Of a stretch of DNA of 32,000 nt, positions 27,160 through 32,000 are shown piece by piece. Numbering within the stretch: the stretch's first letter is position 1; the number at the start of each line of letters is the position of its first letter. The notes beneath the pieces are model-generated. The model had not been told where the DNA came from, ran no database searches, and saw nothing but the letters and a program-made list of their open reading frames with translations. The DNA comes from Psychrobacter cryohalolentis K5. Lineage in GTDB: Bacteria; Pseudomonadota; Gammaproteobacteria; Pseudomonadales; Moraxellaceae. The position numbers were made by a program, and so were the translations under genes. The stretch is from contig NC_007969.1 in assembly GCF_000013905.1 (NCBI RefSeq), positions 1,650,001 through 1,682,000 on the forward strand, given 5' to 3'.

Positions 27160-28537
27160 TTGACGTATCCTCAAAATAAAAATCTGATTCAATTGTGTTG
27201 TTTAATGTATGGATTCTTCTTAAGTTTTCCTTATTAGCATTTTCGGAAATAAATCGTTTTGCATATAAATCTGGCATTATGCTATTAGCATGCCAACCGG
27301 CAAGCATTCGAAGCTCATCCTTAGCATCTTCCATAATTCCATTGTTAGTAAAATCAATATTGGATCGCCCTGAAAGCCTTATAATCTCATTATATTTTTT
27401 GTTGTAAGTATTTTTTAGCATTGAGTAAGCCCATGTGTGTCGAGCCGTATGAGGGGTAATCTTTTTCATACAACCTAAATATTGAGAGTCTGTGAATTGT
27501 GGAAAGTGAGTAGTAAGGGCCTCATCAATTTTTTTGAATATTAGATAAATAGCATCATATGATAAAGGCTTATAAGGCTGTCTAAGTGTCGTGAAAATAA
27601 GCTGATTATTTTCTTTAGAGTTAGGTCTTACTTTACTAATATATTGTAGTAAACATTGATAATCTGTCTTATCTATAGCTATAGACCTGATGGAGTCCTT
27701 AGTTTTAATTGAAGGTTTACGGTATCTATTATCTTTTGAATTATCAGACATCGTAGTGATAATTAAGTAAAAGCTGCTACCGTCTTTACTGGTCTTGATA
27801 GAGGAGTTCTCGAGGAGCATTAGTTCAGATACACGTAAGCCGTAATTTAATAAAATACGTACAATAACAAAGTTACGTATTTGATTTTCAAGAATTCTGA
27901 AGGGGTTTAATGGATTAATTTTTTTAGATGAACTAGGCATTATTATTTTATACAACATATTTACCATCTCATCTGTAAGGCTATCGAACCCTTGATGGCT
28001 ATTGACCTCAGTCGTAATTCTACTTTTTGAAATCTTCTTATAATTATCAGTATTAGACTTTAAGGAAACTAGAAGTCTATTTTGATGCCTTAATATTTCT
28101 TTAGGGCTTTCTTTGTAATGATAGGAATTAACGTATTTAATAGATATATACTTAATAAAGCGTGCAAATGCACGGACACGCTCTGCGTTGGTAAAAATAT
28201 TTGAAACAGAGCTATGTTCTAGCGAAATTAGATTTGGTGAGTAAATGTGGCCGCCATTAAGATAATGGAAAAAGTCGTCAAGCTCATTGATTGCAATTGA
28301 GGGGTCGTGATTTGACTGATTGAAGCTATAGCAGAATGTACTATCAAACTTTTGATGCCAAAAATTATAAAAGAATTTGATTGCTCGCAAAGTAGATTCT
28401 TGGGTAGATACTGATCTCAGATTAAGCCTGTCTATTGAATACATCAAAGGGTAGAACAGAGGCATTTTTGTCTGTTCATCGAATAAGATTAATACATTAT
28501 TGTCGTTGCCTACGGCAATCCTAAATAGTTCAAACAT
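27149..28537 (-). CDS. Tyrosine recombinase, first of a trio (GinA-like)
   Basis: 462 aa. GLRVSELMLLENSSI (Arg I), ITPHTARHTWAYSML (H-x-x-R) and LAGWHANSIMPDLYAKRF (H ... catalytic Y). It is the first gene of a four-gene co-directional operon. Confidence 0.82.
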   Translation of the reverse strand: MFELFRIAVGNDNNVLILFDEQTKMPLFYPLMYSIDRLNLRSVSTQESTLRAIKFFYNFWHQKFDSTFCYSFNQSNHDPSIAINELDDFFHYLNGGHIYSPNLISLEHSSVSNIFTNAERVRAFARFIKYISIKYVNSYHYKESPKEILRHQNRLLVSLKSNTDNYKKISKSRITTEVNSHQGFDSLTDEMVNMLYKIIMPSSSKKINPLNPFRILENQIRNFVIVRILLNYGLRVSELMLLENSSIKTSKDGSSFYLIITTMSDNSKDNRYRKPSIKTKDSIRSIAIDKTDYQCLLQYISKVRPNSKENNQLIFTTLRQPYKPLSYDAIYLIFKKIDEALTTHFPQFTDSQYLGCMKKITPHTARHTWAYSMLKNTYNKKYNEIIRLSGRSNIDFTNNGIMEDAKDELRMLAGWHANSIMPDLYAKRFISENANKENLRRIHTLNNTIESDFYFEDTSNDY

Positions 28538-28819
28538 ACCATTAACCGTATAAGCTAAATAATTATGAATAATTTAACTTATAAACATTGCGCGATTACT
28601 GGAGAACTGTTCTTTTATTTAGATCCCTTGATAAATAAGGCTGTTTGACATATTGATGAACTTATTAACTGATAGACCTAGTTTAACATAATATACATTA
28701 TGCGAAAACAAACCAACGGTTTTATAATTTGGGCACATCATATTTTGTATAATGCTATTTGCTAATCATCCCATTGATTTCTATCAGCAGTTATTTGATG
28801 TCGATATATTGGTTTCTAA

Positions 28820-29293
28820 TTAAGGACAGTTTTTAAGCAAATGCGCTCGTAAAGATGTTCCATCCTCATCTAAGATTACATCCGCCACTTGGCACGCAGA
28901 ATTATCACAGGACAATTCATAATAAACATCATGGCCATGCGCTAAGCTGACTTGGACCAAGCCTCTGGTTGTCACTGAAAATTGCTTGTCTTGTGCATAA
29001 TCAGGATCTTGAGAATTCCACAAGACATCATAACCCACATGACAGGATGTTTGCGCTTTAGCAAAGTAATCTTGCTCACGCTGCATGGCAGCCTTCAGAT
29101 CCGGATTGGCATATTGTTGTAATACCACTGGGTTATCCATTCCTTCATTATTCACATCCTGCTGGTACATCTTAGCGACAGTATCAATTTTCATGGCAAA
29201 AGCTGTCTGTAACGGCTGCGTTAGATTAGCAGTAGCCGTGATAGCAGAAAATCCTATTGCGAGCATCATTATAGAAAATATCATTTTTTGCAT
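28820..29293 (-). CDS. Secreted periplasmic protein, function unknown (possibly DUF3828-like)
   Basis: Preferred start ATG 29293 follows GGAGGG (the track starts at 29335). Signal peptide MQKMIFSIMMLAIGFSAITATA. Four Cys in the mature part and a DVLWNSQDPDY block. Confidence 0.7.
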   Translation of the reverse strand: MQKMIFSIMMLAIGFSAITATANLTQPLQTAFAMKIDTVAKMYQQDVNNEGMDNPVVLQQYANPDLKAAMQREQDYFAKAQTSCHVGYDVLWNSQDPDYAQDKQFSVTTRGLVQVSLAHGHDVYYELSCDNSACQVADVILDEDGTSLRAHLLKNCP

Positions 29294-29516
29294 GGCACCC
29301 TCCATGAAATATGACGTTTTAAGTGTTATATTCATTAAATCATATATAAACTACTACTTTACTGCTTAATTGTGTCTATCGAGTTTATTAAAAATACTGT
29401 TTACACAGCACCATTATAAACTTTGATGCGTTATTAGTACTATTGACTGGTAAATATACATTGGATCTAATATGTGTTTTGGAATGACTTAAATAAGCTA
29501 CGATAAGGATATTGTT

Positions 29517-30191
29517 ATGATGCCATCTACTCGTTCTAATATTTTTCAGTCTTATCTTTATAAGCTATCAACCGCGGCGGGTTTTGGTTTAGTGCTAGCA
29601 AGCACAGGGTGCCAATCTTCTGCTGAATCCAACGCCAGCACTCCAAATCAATCAACTGGCAACCCATCTGTACCTATAGTCTCAGATATGAGCCAGCAAA
29701 CGCTCAAACAGCAAGCACTGCGTATCCAGCGCGCTCTTGCCAATAATGATTTTTCTAGAATCACAGATGATATTCACCCAACTCGTGGCGTACGTTTTTC
29801 GATGTATGCTTACGTAAGGACTGATACGGATAAAGTCTTTAGCCGCGAGCAGTATGCTCAGTATCTACAACAATCGAAAATTCGTTTTACTTGGGGCGAA
29901 AAAGACGGTACTGGCGAGGCATTGGTAGTACCACTACCAGAATATCTAAGAACTTGGATTGATGCTAAAAAATATAATAATGCGCGTATAACTATCAACG
30001 AGTTTGAATCTCGAGGCAATATGATTGATAACGTCAATGAGGCTTATCCAAAATCGGATGTGGTAGATTTTCATTATAAAGGGACAGCTGAATATGATGG
30101 TATGGATTGGCGTGGTATGCGCTTAGTGTTTGATGACTATCAAGGGAAACGCTACTTGATTGGTATCGTCAGCGATAGATGGACGGTGTAA
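29517..30191 (+). CDS. Probable lipoprotein/secreted protein, function unknown
   Basis: AAGGA RBS. Hydrophobic N-terminus ending LVLASTGC (non-canonical lipobox), then a Ser/Asn-rich linker. Followed by a good terminator. Confidence 0.7.
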   Translation: MMPSTRSNIFQSYLYKLSTAAGFGLVLASTGCQSSAESNASTPNQSTGNPSVPIVSDMSQQTLKQQALRIQRALANNDFSRITDDIHPTRGVRFSMYAYVRTDTDKVFSREQYAQYLQQSKIRFTWGEKDGTGEALVVPLPEYLRTWIDAKKYNNARITINEFESRGNMIDNVNEAYPKSDVVDFHYKGTAEYDGMDWRGMRLVFDDYQGKRYLIGIVSDRWTV

Positions 30192-30237
30192 TAAAAAGAT
30201 TAAGCGTTTGATTCATTAGAAGTATTTTATGATATTA

Positions 30238-30275
30238 GGGCAATGCATCGTTTATGATGCACCGCCCTTTTTGTT
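30238..30275 (+). terminator. Rho-independent terminator
   Basis: GGGCAATGCATC-GTTTAT-GATGCACCGCCC (30238-30267) forms a stem with a 2x2 internal mismatch, followed by TTTTTGTTTG. Confidence 0.75.
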
Positions 30276-30317
30276 TGCTTCAACTATTATATATTTACTT
30301 TTTGATATACATAAATC

Positions 30318-31073
30318 TTACGGTCTTGGCTCAAGTGGCGTTTGCCGAAAAAACTTCACCATTATCTCGTAAATATCAGGATAAGCATCAATCAGCTTTT
30401 GCGGCGTTTCAAAGAACACTTCGCTGAGCACCGCAAAAAATTCCGCAGGATTGGTCGCGCCATAGCGATCGAGACCTGATTTATGATGACTTTGAAAATT
30501 TTCAAAGTCGCGGCTCATAATTTCAGTCCAGCGCGCAGGATCCATATCCGGTTGTAGCGGCGGAAAGCCATTAGCGCGACCATTTAGCATATCAAGTTTA
30601 TGCACAAACTCATGAATGACGACATTATGACCATCGCGCTCGCCTGAGTGTTTGGCGTCCTTCCATGACAGAATAACAGGACCACGCAGCCACGCTTCGC
30701 CGCTACGGTGCTGACTGCCCTCATGGACGATACCCAATTCATCTACGGTGGTGGTTTCGCTTTTGTAAGAACCCGGATAAATAATAATGGCCGACCAGCC
30801 AGCGTACCATTCAAGGCTTAGCTTTAAAATAGGCAGACAAGCTTGCAAGGCGATAGATTGCTTGACCGCATCGGTAATCTCGAAACCCTGCGCGCCAGTA
30901 ATCGACTTATCCGCTAAAAACAACGTCGCCAGCTCAAACAAGCGTGTTAGCTCATCTTCGTTCAACCTATCAAGTATCACAATCCGCTTGGCCGCTTGCA
31001 TCCAGTCAGCATGGGTAAACTCGCTGTTGTCCAATATGCGCTGCTCGCGCCAGTCTTTTATCATGCTAAACAT
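30318..31073 (-). CDS. mtfA: MtfA (Mlc titration factor A / zinc peptidase M90 family)
   Basis: HEFVHKLD (HExxH), GEAWLRGPVILSWKD and NPAEFFAVLSEVFFETP align well with my memory of E. coli MtfA (IIHEVAHKLD, DPAECFAVLSEYFF). Confidence 0.88.
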   Translation of the reverse strand: MFSMIKDWREQRILDNSEFTHADWMQAAKRIVILDRLNEDELTRLFELATLFLADKSITGAQGFEITDAVKQSIALQACLPILKLSLEWYAGWSAIIIYPGSYKSETTTVDELGIVHEGSQHRSGEAWLRGPVILSWKDAKHSGERDGHNVVIHEFVHKLDMLNGRANGFPPLQPDMDPARWTEIMSRDFENFQSHHKSGLDRYGATNPAEFFAVLSEVFFETPQKLIDAYPDIYEIMVKFFRQTPLEPRP

Positions 31074-31170
31074 ATTGAAGTTCCTTTAATTTTGTCGTTA
31101 GAATGTGCTTTTTATTGTTGGCGTTATGTGTTTTTAAGGGGTTAAGTGATGCTGACAATAAGCCTATTTA

Positions 31171-32000
31171 TCAAGATTCTAATGACAGCATATTCATAAT
31201 CAATTTAATCAAGGTTTCTTTTTGGTTGGGGTCAGACTCGGCAACCAACAAGGTTAATGCGGCAAGCCCGGTGTTATTAATAACCATGTCACCTTTATCA
31301 TTGAGCAGTCGATTATTCCGATGCAGAAAATCTACAAACAAAAAAGCGCCGCTGCGTTTATTACCATCGGTAAAAGGATGGTTTTTGACCATAAAGTACA
31401 GTAAATGCGCCGCTTTACTCTCGATGGTCGGGTATGCAGGCTCGCCAAACACCGTCTGCTCTAAATTACCCAGTACACTGTCCAAACCATCACCACGAGG
31501 TTTGGCGAATAATTCAGTCGCCTCGCCCCTTGCTATCAGCTGCGCTTTCAAATCCGTCAGCGCTGCCATTGCCTCAGTCGGACTGGGTAAGATGCCGCCC
31601 TCTTGCCCTGCGGGATTATCAAGCAAACCTTCATCATAGCGCTGTAACCATAAGAATGTCTGTGTATAACGACTGATAATTTCAACCAAACCGCGTCCTT
31701 CATCGGTTTTAAGCTCGGGACTTTGCGCAGTCTTTTTGATTAAATTTAATGCTTGTTGTAGCTCGCTTGAGTTTTTATCAAAGCGCTCTTGGTTGAGCGT
31801 ATAGCCTTGGACCAAGTATTCACGTAAGCGCTGGGTTGCCCATATACGGAACTGAGTACCTTTTTTGGAATTAACCCGATAACCCACAGAAATAATAGCA
31901 TCTAGATTGTAAAAGCGAATGTTACGTCGAACCTGTCGATTTCCCTCTTGACGAACTACCGAGGATTGCTCGGTAGTTGCTTCTAGGTCTAACTCACCTT
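31171..32000 (-). CDS. RhuM-family N-terminal region fused to a Fic/Doc domain (5' end beyond window)
   Basis: The frame stays open upstream of the listed GTG 31887 to the window end (...EGNRQVRRNIRFYNLDAIISVGYRVNSKKGTQFRIWATQRL, a RhuM-type block). The C-terminal domain carries HPFTDGNKRSGAF, the Doc-type variant of the Fic motif. Confidence 0.85.
   Translation of the reverse strand, partial: GELDLEATTEQSSVVRQEGNRQVRRNIRFYNLDAIISVGYRVNSKKGTQFRIWATQRLREYLVQGYTLNQERFDKNSSELQQALNLIKKTAQSPELKTDEGRGLVEIISRYTQTFLWLQRYDEGLLDNPAGQEGGILPSPTEAMAALTDLKAQLIARGEATELFAKPRGDGLDSVLGNLEQTVFGEPAYPTIESKAAHLLYFMVKNHPFTDGNKRSGAFLFVDFLHRNNRLLNDKGDMVINNTGLAALTLLVAESDPNQKETLIKLIMNMLSLES

Larger units (their letters stand above)
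5548..28819 (-). mobile_element. Putative GInt-type genomic island (~23 kb): recombinase operon at the right end, defence-rich cargo, AT-rich far end. Exact ends not resolved
   Basis: Bounded by housekeeping genes (ccm/lspA/DUF3817 on the left; periplasmic protein/mtfA on the right). Contains three tandem tyrosine recombinases plus a small protein (22782-28537), an IS remnant, R-M genes, two recombinase relics and pseudogenes. Base composition is a mosaic: spot counts on single 60-nt lines give 25% GC at 26701, 32% at 19981 and 50% at 16381. Confidence 0.55.

Noticed and set aside
27160-27192. The TTG 27192 start for the second tyrosine recombinase, as in the ORF track.
   Set aside because: ATG 27159 has a GAGGA Shine-Dalgarno 8 nt upstream and gives a short coupled overlap with the preceding gene. 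The TTG extension has no visible RBS.
28663-28678. TATTAACTGATAGACC upstream of the first tyrosine recombinase resembles the 21-bp repeat core ATTAATAGACC.
   Set aside because: It needs a 3-nt insertion and loses both flanks of the 21-mer, so it is most likely coincidence.
31103-31639. A 178-aa plus-strand ORF, and many similar 60-150 aa ORFs in the track (for example 231-506, 925-1197, 1374-1835, 11945-12361, 12368-12607, 16912-17169, 18101-18322, 20728-21042, 29085-29369, 30787-31089).
   Set aside because: All lie antisense to, or out of frame within, long ORFs that carry clear family motifs. They have odd composition (Ser/Leu/Arg-rich or low complexity) and no RBS. I treat them as shadow ORFs.
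1-32000. Scan for CRISPR arrays, tRNA/rRNA genes (including at the island borders) and long tandem or dispersed repeats.
   Set aside because: I saw no regularly spaced direct repeats, no tRNA-like T-arm or acceptor signatures in the intergenic regions, and no rRNA-like sequence. This was eye inspection only, so a small structured RNA could have been missed.

Overview
This is 32 kb of an AT-leaning gammaproteobacterial chromosome. Gene content and protein style look Moraxellaceae/Psychrobacter-like, which is inference only.

- **Left flank (1-5547):** the 3' part of the cytochrome c maturation operon ccmF-ccmG-ccmH-ccmI, then lspA and a DUF3817-type membrane protein.
- **Right flank (28820-32000):** two secreted/lipoprotein genes, mtfA, and a RhuM/Doc-type Fic gene that runs off the window.
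- **Accessory island (about 5.55-28.8 kb, ~23 kb):** its right end is a tightly coupled minus-strand operon of three tyrosine recombinases (462, ~526, 781 aa) plus a 149-aa protein. This is the architecture described for GInt islands (ginABCD).

Cargo, reading away from that operon:
- a decayed IS256-family element;
- a ~875-aa Rad50/SbcC-like ABC ATPase with a central CPAC zinc hook and a HEPN/DUF4145-like tail (an RloC-like restriction-linked gene);
- a complete type I R-M unit, hsdM-hsdS-[293-aa secreted protein]-hsdR;
- a decayed second hsdR;
- an orphan lipoprotein;
- a 2.65 kb segment bounded by 21-bp inverted repeats (19/21 identical), containing an intact small serine recombinase, an orphan 5-TM protein and a frameshifted second recombinase.

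I recognised no rRNA, tRNA or CRISPR array. All calls rest on motif recognition, ORF structure and hand inspection of the sequence. No database search or structure prediction was possible.
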